A stretch of DNA of 64,000 bases from Octopus sinensis (lineage: Eukaryota). Below the pieces are notes generated by a model that saw only the letters and a list, made by a program, of their open reading frames with translations, did no database searches and had not been told where the DNA came from. The stretch covers positions 30,380,001 to 30,444,000 of the forward strand of contig NC_043013.1 in the NCBI RefSeq assembly GCF_006345805.1. Reading direction: 5' to 3'. A program made the position numbers and the translations under genes. Below, one piece after another: positions 1 through 11,844 of the stretch; position 1 is the first letter of the stretch, and each line of letters opens with the position of its first letter.

Positions 1-27
1 CAAAAACCACAACAATAATAACTCACT

Positions 28-650
28 TTAAAACGGGGGAACAGAAGCGATTGTAAAGACATAGAATTGCCAAACGGAGAGACAATGGAAGACCCGAATG
101 ATAATCGTTACCTTGGAGTGTTGGAGCAAGATAATATCTTGCGCAGAGAAATGAAAGATAAGCTCATCACAGCATATTCCAAGCGCCTCAAACTTCTCTT
201 GAAAAGCAAACTGAACCCAAGGAATCTTGTGACTGCCATCAACGAATGAGCTGTGGTTGCAGTCCGTTATAGTGCACCTATACTGAAATGGACACAAGCG
301 TAGCTTAACCAAAATTGATCGCACTATTCGGTAGTTAACAATGCATGGTGTCTTCCACCCTAAGGCGAACGTATACAGGCTGGACATGAAGAGGTGAAAA
401 GTAGTCGTCGGCTGATTAGCATACGTGAGTGCATCAAAAGTGAAAGAAGAAACATGGCAAAATATTTGGAAAAGAGTAACAAGACCTGCTACAGTATGCT
501 ACTAATGCAACATTAATTAGCAAAAATGGACTTGGCTGTGCTAATTAGTTCGGATCACGAATAGCCAACGAGAGAGAAGAAACTATACTCTGCATGGAAC
601 GACATAAGCCTAAGAGACCAGGAAGCATCATAAGAGGTGGCTCAGCAAGG
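28..650 (+). mobile_element. Decayed R4/Dong-type (RLE) non-LTR retrotransposon, RT C-terminal/thumb fragment
   Basis: Manual translation across stops and frameshifts: IELPNGETMEDPNDNRYLGVLEQDNILRREMKDKLITAYSKRLKLLLKSKLNPRNLVTAINE*AVVAVRYSAPILKWT...MHGVFHPKANVYRL...RLISIRECIKSE. This matches the YLG...KSKLN..N...AIN.WAV...RYS...W...HPK....RLY pattern of R4/Dong/Rex6 RTs. Confidence 0.8.
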
Positions 651-744
651 ATGACGTAAAAGAGAAGACTGGAAGCCTAAACATCGCTACCCAGAATTAA
701 CTCGGTGAAAAGCGATATATAGCACAGAAATGCTACAAACCTCT

Positions 745-1153
745 GAAGAGTGCGACGTGGCCAGGAACTTGCCCTGGTCACGAAAATATTCACTTTGTGG
801 GCCCACAACGTTGGGTGCATAAATTGCAACCAGCCAGATTATCTTGTCACAACTGAATGTCAGGTCAAGAACGACCAACATCCTGCCTTCTGGGTCAGAA
901 AAAACACAACTTTTTCTCGGCTACCCGGTTTCTTTTTAGTAGGCCCAACATCGACCCCCACCTCCCGCCTACTCGGAGAAACATATTTCTCATAGCCTTT
1001 CAGGAGTGGGAGCAGATCTCTTGGCCCATTTACTCGGGCTTCCGTTGTAACAATCACATCCAATTTCCTTGACCTGATGTCATTTAGGAAGCGCCCTTGC
1101 TTCCAGCTAGACATCAGGTCACGAACATTTACACAACCAATGTGAATAGACAT
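745..1153 (-). pseudogene. APE-type endonuclease (ORF2 N-terminus) of a Tx1/L1 LINE, frameshifted and truncated
   Basis: MSIHIGCVNVRDL...FLNDIRSRKLDVIVTTEARV (the NVRGL and DVI.LQE motifs), then ...LVVLDLTF...WLVAIYAPN...SEYF (the LV.VYAPN motif) in an adjacent frame. Confidence 0.8.
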
Positions 1154-1532
1154 TACTTACATATTTAACCGGAGTGTCCTGTGGAGTTAGCAAGTCTTGA
1201 CAAATGGATTGATTAAAATCAATTTCATTATCGACACCGATTTTCTATACGTGTTAATTAATACATTGAGGCTTATCCATTTCGTAGAACGCGTAGTTCT
1301 TATATTTATCAGGAAGTTCTGCAGTCCTAGTGGCTGCTTTTTTCGCTTTTATTTCTCTCATTAAATCTTCATTTTTTTTTCTGTATAACCCGACTAACCC
1401 TCTGTCTTTTGCTTCCTTCTTTACTATTCTTGGTTTGTCTCTTTTCGCATTTTCTTTTTGTCTTATTTCGACCTGTTTTTGTTAATTTGAGCTTTCTATT
1501 TTTCTCTTGTTGTTAGTTGCTTTCTTTTCTTC

Positions 1533-1536
<4 letters not shown>

Positions 1537-1596
<60 letters not shown>
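1537..1596. repeat. (TC)n/(GA)n microsatellite inside LINE ORF1
   Basis: Pure dinucleotide run. Confidence 0.95.
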
Positions 1597-1599
<3 letters not shown>

Positions 1600-1600
<1 letters not shown>

Positions 1601-2199
1601 CCTCACCATCGGATTCTTCCTCGCCGTCTCTACAGTGTTTTTTATATGGCCCAAGTGGCCACACTGGGAACATCGGGCTTACGCCCCTCGACGAATACGT
1701 TAAGTCATTCCTCCCCAATTTCTATTTTCTCCGGTAACTGTTCTAAAATTGACTGTTCTGTTTGTATTAGGAGGTGAACCGTTTGACCGATCCGATAAGC
1801 CTTTTCTGTGACGGTAGCCTGAAGGAGTGTTATATTATCTTCCATTTTTGTCAGGACTGCTGTCATCAACCTCATAGCGCCGATTTGAGGCAGAACCCTT
1901 GGCATAGGTATCTTTGACGTCCCCATTCCAATATATACCGGAATTAAATCAACGTCCTCCGTTTCTAAAGATTTAATTGAGTGCATTTGTGCAGTTTCTA
2001 TATCTGTTTGTCGTGCTTCGATTGTACCAAACGTCTTCCCTCTGGCTAGCAATGTGAGATACTGAAAGATGTGTTTCAAGCACTTCTCAACTTTCTCTTC
2101 GCTCACTCGATTTTTTTTCCCTTTTAGCCAGCAAGATTTAAAAATAATTCTTTTTCTTTTTTCTAACATTAATATTTCTTCCGGGGGTTCAACTTTCAC
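1600..2199 (-). pseudogene. ORF1 (gag-like, CCHC zinc knuckle) of the Tx1/L1 LINE
   Basis: The 164-aa ORF at 1705-2199 continues through frameshifts into VFVEGRKP/RCSQCGHLGHIK/KHC (C-x2-C-x4-H-x4-C). Confidence 0.65.
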
Positions 2200-2557
2200 A
2201 ACACCGTCTTCAATTTATCAGGTCATTTTTGTTTGTCGACAGCTGGCGGGTTTCACCTCCAGCCACCGACGCAAACCTTCTTTTTTTGCTTATTTTCTTC
2301 TGTTTGAAGGATTTTCAAGTCAATAATCCTCTTTGCAACAGTACACATTGATGGTTGGGGGGAATTTCAATTTCAGAAGAATCCGAAATTTCTCCAATCT
2401 TTTTTGTCTCCCTGTCGGTTGACTAATCTTCGCCAGACGAAGTTACACTTTTCGGCATCTTGCTAGCAATTAATGTTTCCCCCCACAGGGTAAAACGCAC
2501 GATAGTTTTCGAACGAAGACTGTTACACAAATAATTATAACAAGAACAATAATTATA

Positions 2558-2955
2558 GGCGTAAGAGTGGCTATGAGGTAAGTAGGTTGCTTACGAACCA
2601 CATGGTTCCGAGTTCATTCCCACTGCGTGGCACTTTGGGCAAGTGTCGTCTACTATAGCCTCGGACTGACCAAAGCCTTGTGAGTGGATCTGGTAGACGG
2701 AAACTGAAAGAAGCCCGTCGTATATATGTATATATGTGTGTGTGTGTGTGTTTGTGTGTCTGTGTTTGTCCTCCCATCATCGCTTGACAACCGATGCTGG
2801 TGTGCTTACGTCCCCGCAACTTAGCGGTTCGACAAAAGAGACCGAAAGAATAAGTACTAGGCTTACAAAGAATAAGTCGTGGGGTCTATTTGCTCGACTA
2901 AAGGCGCTGCTCCAGCATGGCCACAGCCAAGTGACTGAAACAAGTAAGAGAGTAA
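2558..2955 (+). mobile_element. tRNA-headed SINE, family A
   Basis: A/B-box-like head (GAGTGGCTATGAGGTAAG...GGTTCCGAGTTCATTCCC), core TTGGGCAAGTGTC, internal (TG)n, tail ...CTCCAGCATGGCCACAG...GACTGAAACAAGTAA. Homologous copy at 45443-45810. Confidence 0.85.
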
Positions 2956-3850
2956 AGTGTGAAGAGTATAACAGGAAATAACACAAAAACAGTCAATAGG
3001 AACTTGCATTTACTATACAGATGCACTCCAACAATAATTACCTATAAATCCAAACTCAGATGAAATACTGCTAAGCAGTATTTTGCCCGGTGCGTTAACG
3101 ATGACGACGACGAAAATAACATGAATGATAATTATAATCCAAATAATTTTATCTATTTAATAATAAATGATTCTGATTTTATTTTAAGCCTCTTCATAAT
3201 TACAGTAGACATTTTTCAGCTTGCATTAAATATAAAATGGGAACGAACTAGAATCTAGAAGAGAAGTAGAGTAGTTAGATGCTATTAAAAAAGGATTTTA
3301 TAATTACACAAAATGATTACATGAATATATAAATCAAATATGATTTTCAAATGTTAATTTAATGTAAGAAAGTAACGGCAACAAAAGTAAGTTGGGCAAC
3401 CGGACGTACATGGTTGACAACTTACCATTCACCGAGTGCAAGAGCATCTAACACCTTCAATTATCTTTCAATCTTTTTTATTTAATAACACACAATATCT
3501 CCATTGAGTATTGTATGGATTAAGCAACGTGTGAAAGAGTATTCAATCGACGAAAGCAAGGGACTCGGTTCTTTTAATTTTTGGGTAATTGTTAGCCGTC
3601 ACTGTCTCACATCAAGTGTAATAGTAGCAATCATTTGATAGAAAATGTACCATGAAAATGCTTGCGTGCATTTCCAGATTCATGAAGAGGATTTTGCCAA
3701 TCGGCAATTAAAAGCTAATCTTGTAGATGAGCGTTTAGTGTTCGGATTGTTTCTAAACCCGAATGAATCCACGTGTGGTAACAACCCTTTATTCATCGCC
3801 TTCCACACACTTTACTTGTTTACTTGGTTTTCTAGTGTTTCTATTTTTCT

Positions 3851-3883
3851 TTGATGGCATGCACTGCTCTCTCAATCAATAAC

Positions 3884-3950
<67 letters not shown>

Positions 3951-3993
3951 GTAATGATAATAATAACAATAATAATAAGAAGAAGAAGAAGAA
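3851..3993 (+). repeat. 3' terminus of an (AAT)n-tailed element plus its (AAT)n/(GAA)n tail
   Basis: TTGATGGCATGCACTGCTCTCTC followed by (AAT)n. The same terminus occurs in reverse at ~18909 and ~63386. Confidence 0.65.
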
Positions 3994-4012
3994 GACAAAT
4001 AAATAATAATAA

Positions 4013-4238
4013 GACAAATACATAACAAAAACACCAGACGAATACATAACAAAAACACCAGGTCTTACAAACACATGTAACATACAGAAAATTGCACTCC
4101 TAGGCACTGCACACATCCTACGCAAAACACTTTCAATGCAGTAACCTTCAGAGCACCACAACAAATCACCGCACATACCTAAGGCACACAGAGCTGCGCT
4201 CGGTAGTGAAGTGAAAGCACGCTATAAAAATAAAACTA

Positions 4239-4303
<65 letters not shown>
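4013..4303 (+). mobile_element. 5'-truncated R4/Dong-type LINE 3' end with (AAT)n tail
   Basis: Translates DKYITKTPGLTNTCNIQKIALLGTAHILRKTLSMQ* (the RLE-LINE terminal Q...LLGTAHILR motif). It has a short 3'UTR, (AAT)n on both sides and a 24-bp tandem duplication at the 5' junction. Confidence 0.85.
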
Positions 4304-4304
<1 letters not shown>

Positions 4305-4321
4305 TTTTGTGCAACAGACAC

Positions 4322-4465
4322 AAGGGCTGAAATTTTGGTGTAAGTATAAGTCGATTGCATCGAAAAGATGAAAGGTAAAGTCGACACCAGCGGAATTTGA
4401 AATCACTATATAAGAACTGACGAAATGCCGCTTAGCACTTTTCCCGACGTTCTAACTATTCAGCT
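4322..4465 (-). mobile_element. Degraded SINE, family B
   Basis: AAGTCGATTGCATCG...GATGAAAGGTAAAGTCGAC...GGAATTTGAA matches the family B copies, with an internal deletion. Confidence 0.55.
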
Positions 4466-4510
4466 TATCATTATACGTAAAAGTTTAAATTATCATTTTA
4501 TTTTATTTCT

Positions 4511-4546
<36 letters not shown>

Positions 4547-5884
4547 GTTATTCTCATTATCATTCTCATCATAATCACTAGTAGTAGTAGTAGTGGTAGT
4601 AGTAGTATGTATGTATTATAGTAGTAGTAGTAGTCGTTGTGGTAAGCTGCTGTAAACATTTCCTAATATTCCATTTCTTTGAATTTGTGTTTCATACAAA
4701 TTCTTAGCTCTCTTGTGGGCTAATTGTTGCCAACGAAGATCAACATTAGTTTCCTTGGAAACTGGATTTTAATGTAATTTTATCTTTTCACAAGTTTAAA
4801 ACTTGAACGAACCTAGCAAACATCTTTTCATACTTTCATTTTCAGAGGTCAGAATGTGAATAAAATGTCAGAAAGATTTCCATTTGAAAAGTGCCAGATT
4901 TGTTTTCTTTATATTTTCGCTTTGAATTTTAAAACTATAAATTATTTCTGTAACGCAAAACCAAATCAATATGAATCGCGAAGTAACCTTATTGGACACC
5001 ATAATTCACTGGGGAAAATATCAAAAGTCAAGTAATTGGACAAAGCAAGTATCAGTATCATAAATGTCTCCTAATAACTGATATTCATCTACAGGGTTCA
5101 CAGTCCTTTATTGCTAACAATAACGAAAGTTTTCCATAAAGTCCACAAACACACATAATGCGCAATTTAATCTTTCCTTCCCTACATTCCCCCACTTCTC
5201 CAGCTTCTTAAAAGTTATTATACAATGCTCATATTAGCATTTTCTTCGGCGGTGAAGCGATATTCATTTGAAAGTATGACCTTGCATATTGTTGTTTAAC
5301 GCCAGATCAATTGTGATCGATCAAATTTAGGATCAAAGGAATTCCACATTGCATGCAAAAGGACATTCTATGCTATATGAGCTTGTATGTAATATAAAGC
5401 AACGTGTAAAATGATGCTACATCTATTACGAGCATGTAACATGAAAAAATACGGCATCTATTGCATCACAAGCATGTGTTCAAACTTACCAGATTTCATT
5501 TGTTTAAATACATTTCCCTGCGTTTATTTAACCTAAAATCAATCCCGATAAAGTATTTACCCTATGAATGGTATTTAAGTTATGAACGTCCCATACTATA
5601 GTTATACTATGTTGTATTACTATTAGATAAACCAATGCCCAACTTCTTTAACATAACAGGCTTCTAAAGTACGATATGTATTTGGCTCTGATATCTGTAT
5701 TCATGATTGGCTCGAACAGGATATCCTAATTGTTTAGTAGATTTTCAATTTCTTTTAAATTATGAGCCTGCCCATAACCCGACCTCTTCTGTGTTGTTAT
5801 AAACAACAATTTACATTAATGCTTGCATATATGTATGTATATATGAATGTATAAATGTATTTATATACATGCATACCCCACCAT

Positions 5885-6093
5885 CAAAATGTGACCTCGT
5901 GTGTACCGTTGGTGATGTTTTCTCTCTGTCTTCCCTTCTCTGGATGTTGCCTTCTCCTATGTTTCCGACGAAGAGCTCCGCTCGAAACGTTAAACCCTCC
6001 TTCTTTCCTTCTTTCCTGAGCGTCCAATAATATTATATTTGTTCCACGTCCTCGCGTTGTTGTGTTTTTTGTGCTTTCTTGTTTGGATTAACT

Positions 6094-6095
<2 letters not shown>
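5885..6095 (+). mobile_element. Short non-coding, Penelope-LTR-like element carrying a hammerhead motif and ending in (TA)n
   Basis: A GC-richer island between TA tracts that contains the ...GACGAAGAGC...GCTCGAAACGTT motif typical of Penelope-like element termini. It occurs once in the window, so its repeat status is inferred. Confidence 0.5.
5961..5995 (+). ncRNA. Minimal type I hammerhead ribozyme motif (U4C core variant)
   Basis: GUUU-CCGACGA-A-GAGC(UCC)GCUC-GAA-ACGU-U-AAAC: stem I GUUU/AAAC, stem II 4 bp, palindromic ACGU stem III, predicted cleavage after 5991. Confidence 0.6.
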
Positions 6096-6125
<30 letters not shown>

Positions 6126-6640
6126 CGTATACATACATACATTCATACAGAAATAATGCACACATACATACACAGATGCGTATGCTGATCTCACATTATG
6201 GAGGGAACCTTTGGAAGAGGTAAACCCAAGAAAACTTGAGACGCGGTTGTGACGCAGGATCACCGGATGTTGAATCTTATGGTAGCAATGACGTGATCGA
6301 AACTTTTGGCGATTTGAAAACTGACGCTAAATGATTATGATGATAATGATGATGATGATGATGATGATAGTTATGTATACATACATATATAAACATATAT
6401 GCACATATATATATATACATATAATCACACACATATATGCATACATATATGAATATATATATATATATAATATATATATACATACATATATATATATACA
6501 CATATATACATACATACCTCTCTATATATACATATATATATACATATATATATATATAATATATATATATAATATATATATATATATATACATATATATG
6601 TACATAACATAATGTATAGAAAAAGATTATGCTCACCGCA

Positions 6641-7108
6641 CTCTATATAAAATTGTCTGTCTGTCTGTCTGTTTGTTATCTTTTCAATCATAACAAGGGA
6701 GAAAATATTTTTATTCTAGAAATAGCTCGCACAACTACAGATGTTCCATTTGAATATTAGACACTTCAGTTTCCAGTCAAACTAAGTTTTGCTCTTTCAA
6801 TCAACAAATCTCAGGATCAATCCCTTAAACGTAGTTGGGCTTGATCGCTCTATTACATGCCTCTCCCACTTGCTCACGAATAGGAAGCAGCAACAATTTA
6901 TTCCTTTGGACACCAATAAAAAAATTACGCTATAAATATTGTTTACCCTGAGGTTTGAAATTCTGTTAGCATTACAATTTGGATATTTTAAATATAAAAT
7001 ATAGATATTTTAAATCAATAATGAGAAATAAATGTATCTTTATATTTATTGATTACTAATCTGAATAAGAACAGCAGTAACGCGGGCAACGTCGGGTAAT
7101 TCAGCTAG
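6641..7108 (+). mobile_element. Possible non-autonomous Helitron with a (CTGT)n tract
   Basis: 5' CTCTATATAAAATTGTCTGTCTGTCTGT. The 3' end has a degenerate hairpin ACGCGG-GCAACG-TCGGGT, then CTAG followed by T. The 5' A|TC junction is imperfect. Confidence 0.4.
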
Positions 7109-7707
7109 TGTCATATATGAGCAGTATATGAATGTGAATTTCACACGCTCACACACACAGACACATATACACACGCATACACACATTATATACATATACA
7201 CACACACACATTATATACACATATATATATGTGTGTGCGTGTATGTATGTATGTGTGTGTGTATGTGTGCGTGTATATATGTGTGTGTGCTGGACGTGGG
7301 CGACTATGTCTAAGGAAAGTGTTTTTTTACCTTTTTTTGCAAGAATTCAATAACAACTGCATTTACGTATGTGTTTCACAGCTGTATAGCTGAACTATTG
7401 TTGGGTTATCTTATACATGAATAAAATTATGCATGGGAATACATATACATACGAAGGTAAACAAAGGGTGCGCGCACACATACGCACACGTGAATAGACA
7501 TTGAAAACTTTAGATTTAGATAATAAATCCGAAAAGGAAATTTATGGAAAAAATCTCCCTATGAAATTGCTTTTGCAACTACCATCTTGGAAACAACTAC
7601 TTTTTAAGATCTACATTTGAAAACCTGAACTTGTCTAAAACATTAGTCCACTCCGAGTTCATTGCCGATTTCATTCGATATTTTGAAGATTTCAGGAGAT
7701 GACATCA

Positions 7708-7800
7708 GACACAGACAGTGTGTCGTGAGCCAGTAGGAGGAGATGTCCTCCTGGGGCTACAAACAAAAGTAGCATCGTCCGCCTGTGGGACCGCCATATT
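7708..7800. mobile_element. Solo arm of the MITE family found at 18466-18811
   Basis: Aligns by eye to the right TIR of that MITE: CACAGACAGTGTGTCG...GATGT...CCTGGG...CAAACAA...GTAGCATCGTC...GCCATATT. Confidence 0.55.
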
Positions 7801-7867
7801 TACGTGGTGAATATACTTCACGATGCTGTGCTGCTACTGTTTGCTTCTCGCTCGGAGATTCAATATT

Positions 7868-7868
7868 G

Positions 7869-7943
<75 letters not shown>

Positions 7944-8097
7944 CATATATATATATAGGTATAAATATAGGTATATATATAGGTATATATATATGTATAT
8001 ATATACATATATATATGTATATATATATACATATATATATGTATATATATATATACATATATATACATATATATATATATACGTACATATATATATT
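7868..8097. repeat. Compound (TA)n microsatellite, representative of many in the window
   Basis: Visible dinucleotide run. Similar tracts lie at ~6410-6600, 9110-9260, 10080-10295, 36990-37125 and 52470-52850. Confidence 0.95.
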
Positions 8098-8100
8098 GTG

Positions 8101-8432
8101 AAGGCGCGTGGCTCAGTGGTTAGAGCGTCGAGCTTACGATCGTGAGGTTGTGAGCTCGAATCCCAGACCGGGCTGTGTGTTGTGTTCTTGAGCAAGACAC
8201 TTTATTTCACGTTGCTCCAGTTCACTCAGCTGTAGAAATGAGTTGCGACGTCACAGGTGCCAAGCTGTATCGGTCCTTGCCTTTCTCTTGAACAACATCG
8301 GTGACGTGGAGAGGGGAGGCTGGTACGCGTGGGCGACTGCTGGTCTTCCATAAAAACAACCTTGCCCAGACTTGTGCCTCAGAGGGTGACTCTCTAGGTG
8401 CAAACCCATGGTCAGTGTCTGACCGAAGGGAG

Positions 8433-8462
<30 letters not shown>
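8101..8462 (+). mobile_element. tRNA-headed SINE, family C, with (CAT)n tail
   Basis: GGCGCGTGGCTCAGTGGTTAGAGCG (A box), anticodon-like loop CTTACGA, GAGCTCGAATCC (B box), core TTGAGCAAGACACTTTATTTCAC...CAGCTGTAGAAATGAG. Second copy at 47461-47757 (-). Confidence 0.9.
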
Positions 8463-8463
<1 letters not shown>

Positions 8464-8894
8464 ATATATGTATTGTATATATATATAATTATTAATAGTA
8501 GGGAATATAAAATTGCAAGTCAACAGGGGAAAACAAACTCAGTTTAGTAATAATAAATCAAATTTCACGATATCGTAAATATATATCGAATTCAGAGATA
8601 GAACCTACATGAAGTAATTCAATTAATAATGCAAGATATTATATAAATTTAAATATATTATTATTAATATTAAACTGAAAATTCATATTAAAATAATACG
8701 CATTAAATGCGACTATATTGTTAGTATTGTGGTAAAAATTTCTTTACTAAATAATATACATTTAAAAAAATACTCTTTAAAACGACGACCCGGGATTTTT
8801 GACTATATTTAAATTTATATATCTTTCAGTATTAATTGAATTACTTTATGGAACTACTATCTCTTAATTCTCTCTCTCTCTCTCTCGTTTTATA

Positions 8895-8932
<38 letters not shown>

Positions 8933-9112
8933 TATATAAATATGGAAATAATGCTAATGATATAGCATAAAGAAGATAAACTATCCATCTTGTTCATGGT
9001 ATATTATTTGCATTATCCTACGTTTGAGAACAAATTTATTTCTTATCTGCGTCTTTCAATACATCATAACGCTTCTAAAGTAACTTTGTTTCTTGACATT
9101 CAATCTAAGTTG

Positions 9113-9154
<42 letters not shown>

Positions 9155-9197
9155 TATATATATACACATACATACATACATACATACATATCATACG

Positions 9198-9257
<60 letters not shown>

Positions 9258-9609
9258 CTGGTACACCGGCGATTATAATTAATTTTATTGTATCGCATTT
9301 ATCTTTGTTTATATATATATATGTATATATATATATGTGTGTGTGTGTGTGTCTATGTGTATTATTTTCTTGAGGTTATTCTACAGATATTCTATATCAA
9401 GCACTGATTTTTGCTACAGTGTTTCGTATCGAGATGTCAGATGTAAAGAGACAATGTGATCGAAGGCAGAATGTGGGTAATTAGTATCAGAACTCATTCC
9501 ATACACAGCCACCGCATATAGTGGTGTTACCTTATTGAATATACCAATTTGCATGTTACACCCATTCTTGGGGCTTGTAGATAAACTTTCATTTAAGAAT
9601 TACCTAGAA

Positions 9610-9664
<55 letters not shown>

Positions 9665-10100
9665 GCATGTATATTCATAGCATATATATAAAAACATATA
9701 TTTCAGAACAATGAATGTTGAGATAAGAAGTATGAAAAGATTATCGAATTTAAATCTCGGGTTAATTAAAATTCATCCAATATGAATTTTTTTTAAAGAA
9801 CATTTCTAAATATGCAATCATTGATTCCCGTGACGTAAACTGTTATAATCTAGATAATACCATGGGGGATAAAACTCTCAATGAGATAACCGGTATATTA
9901 ACAGAAAATCAGATTTTCCTTGGAAACATGATGCAGGTGCGGCATATAATGTTTTTCCTCTTTTGTCTGATCTGTAGTCTCAATTAACGGTTTACACATA
10001 CACAAGTACGCACACTCACATACACCTACAAATACACACACACTTCTATCTTTCTGAATATCTATCTATCTCTCTCTCTATATATATATATAAATATTTT

Positions 10101-10154
<54 letters not shown>

Positions 10155-11804
10155 CGTCTATATATGTCTATATATATATGTGTATATTTATGTATATACG
10201 TATATTTATAAATATATAAATATATATGCATATATATATGTGTATATATATATGTATATATATATATATATAATATATATATATATAATATATATAAGTG
10301 TGTGTTTGTAACTATATGTGCACAGTCGATCGCGTGTTTTGTTGTATGATGGGCTGGTGTATTCGCAATTTCTGTTTGCCTCTATTTCTATGTGTGCATA
10401 TGTGTATCTCTCTCTCTCTCTCTCTCTCTCTCCTTCTCTCTCCACTTGTGTGTATTTCGTATTATTTGAAGTTGATATAAACTATATGTTGCCACTAGGG
10501 CATCGTAACAAAATCCATTATCGTTTCATGTATATGAACGGAAAAAAATTCCTCTTACAAAACGTTATTTGAAGTATCCGGAATACGTAATGCATTCTAA
10601 AAATAATTTAGGCACTTTTTGTGATTATGATTCTTAAATAATCTCAGTATTGTTCTGCATTTGATAAAATATCAGAAAATACATCTGCAAATATATATTC
10701 GGTGCTTTTTTGCTTCTTAAATCCTGTAACATACAGCGAGTCCCAAATATATTCACATACTACTCTTGAAATTATGTAACTTCCTCCGAATAAATCGCTG
10801 CAGTTAGCTGAACAAATTGGAATTATAGTTTCAGAAAAGTAAGTTTATAATCGAATATGTTTGAATGAAGTTTGCAAATGCATCAGCAAGTCTGTATGAG
10901 GTCTCTAAGTATGAGACCCCTACGTAGTGGCTTCACTTGATATAAATAAGCTCATTCACCATCAAATACCACTTTACCCTTTCAAAGAAAGGGAAAAAAG
11001 CGAAACAGACCCTAAAATAAATGGAAAACCAATAAATGGCGCTTACTTTACATAATACAGTTCACAATTATTACGATCTTAAGTAATTTTCGACCCAATG
11101 CAAGGTCATTCTAATCCACTATATGTTTCGGATCTAAAGCTGAGTATGTATCCCAAACAATGGCAGCTGAATCATTAACAATCGCAACAGCAATGAAAAC
11201 AACATAAATTAGACTTTGAAATTATGTTATTTCCCTTTGAATTTAATTAATCCAACAGCAAAGTGGCGTGGTCTTAGATTTTCCATGCGCAATCCTGTAC
11301 GAAAATAGAGTAGCTAAAAGATGTTTGAAGATTCTGAGAATATAGCCGTGGAATTTTCTTCTAATGGACTTCAGGCCACTCACAAGGTAAATAGTGGTGC
11401 GTCAATCGTGTATTTAACGCTGTTAATATTATTCGTCTCAAGATTTAGTGTATGAAATAAATAGTAATACATTATTGACTGTGGTTGGATAAGATATGGC
11501 TAGTAGTGATGTAATTACAACAAAGAATGAACAACAAGTCAAATATAATGTTTAATGTTTCTGCCATGAAAGAATGAATTGCAGTTCTCAGTTCACCCGC
11601 ATTATTACAAGGAATGTTGAATAACGTGGCACGTAAGCATTTACATCGCCCAGTAAAGGCTGTAGTTGCAACAGAATATCTAGATTTATGGATACGTATA
11701 ATATTTCGCTACAATTCGGTAACAGGTTTGCGTATGCCTGGTTGTATTGCACACACACAGGCGCACACAAACACACACACCCCAGAAACTCAGCCGCACA
11801 CATA

Positions 11805-11844
<40 letters not shown>

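Larger units (their letters stand above)
745..2530 (-). mobile_element. 5' part of a Tx1/L1-type LINE (5'UTR, ORF1, start of ORF2), lacking RT
   Basis: On the minus strand, an ORF1 with a CCHC knuckle is followed by an APE endonuclease N-terminus. The outer boundaries are approximate. Confidence 0.8.

Noticed and set aside
8101-8175. tRNA-like sequences (also 17186-17253, 22712-22780, 53980-54049, 61830-61896)
   Set aside because: They lack a complete acceptor stem and continue into shared SINE cores, so they are SINE heads rather than tRNA genes.
3668-11395. Short AG...GT-bounded open segments (3678-3777, 9420-9476, 11320-11395)
   Set aside because: Too short, no recognisable homology, and such site pairs are expected by chance.
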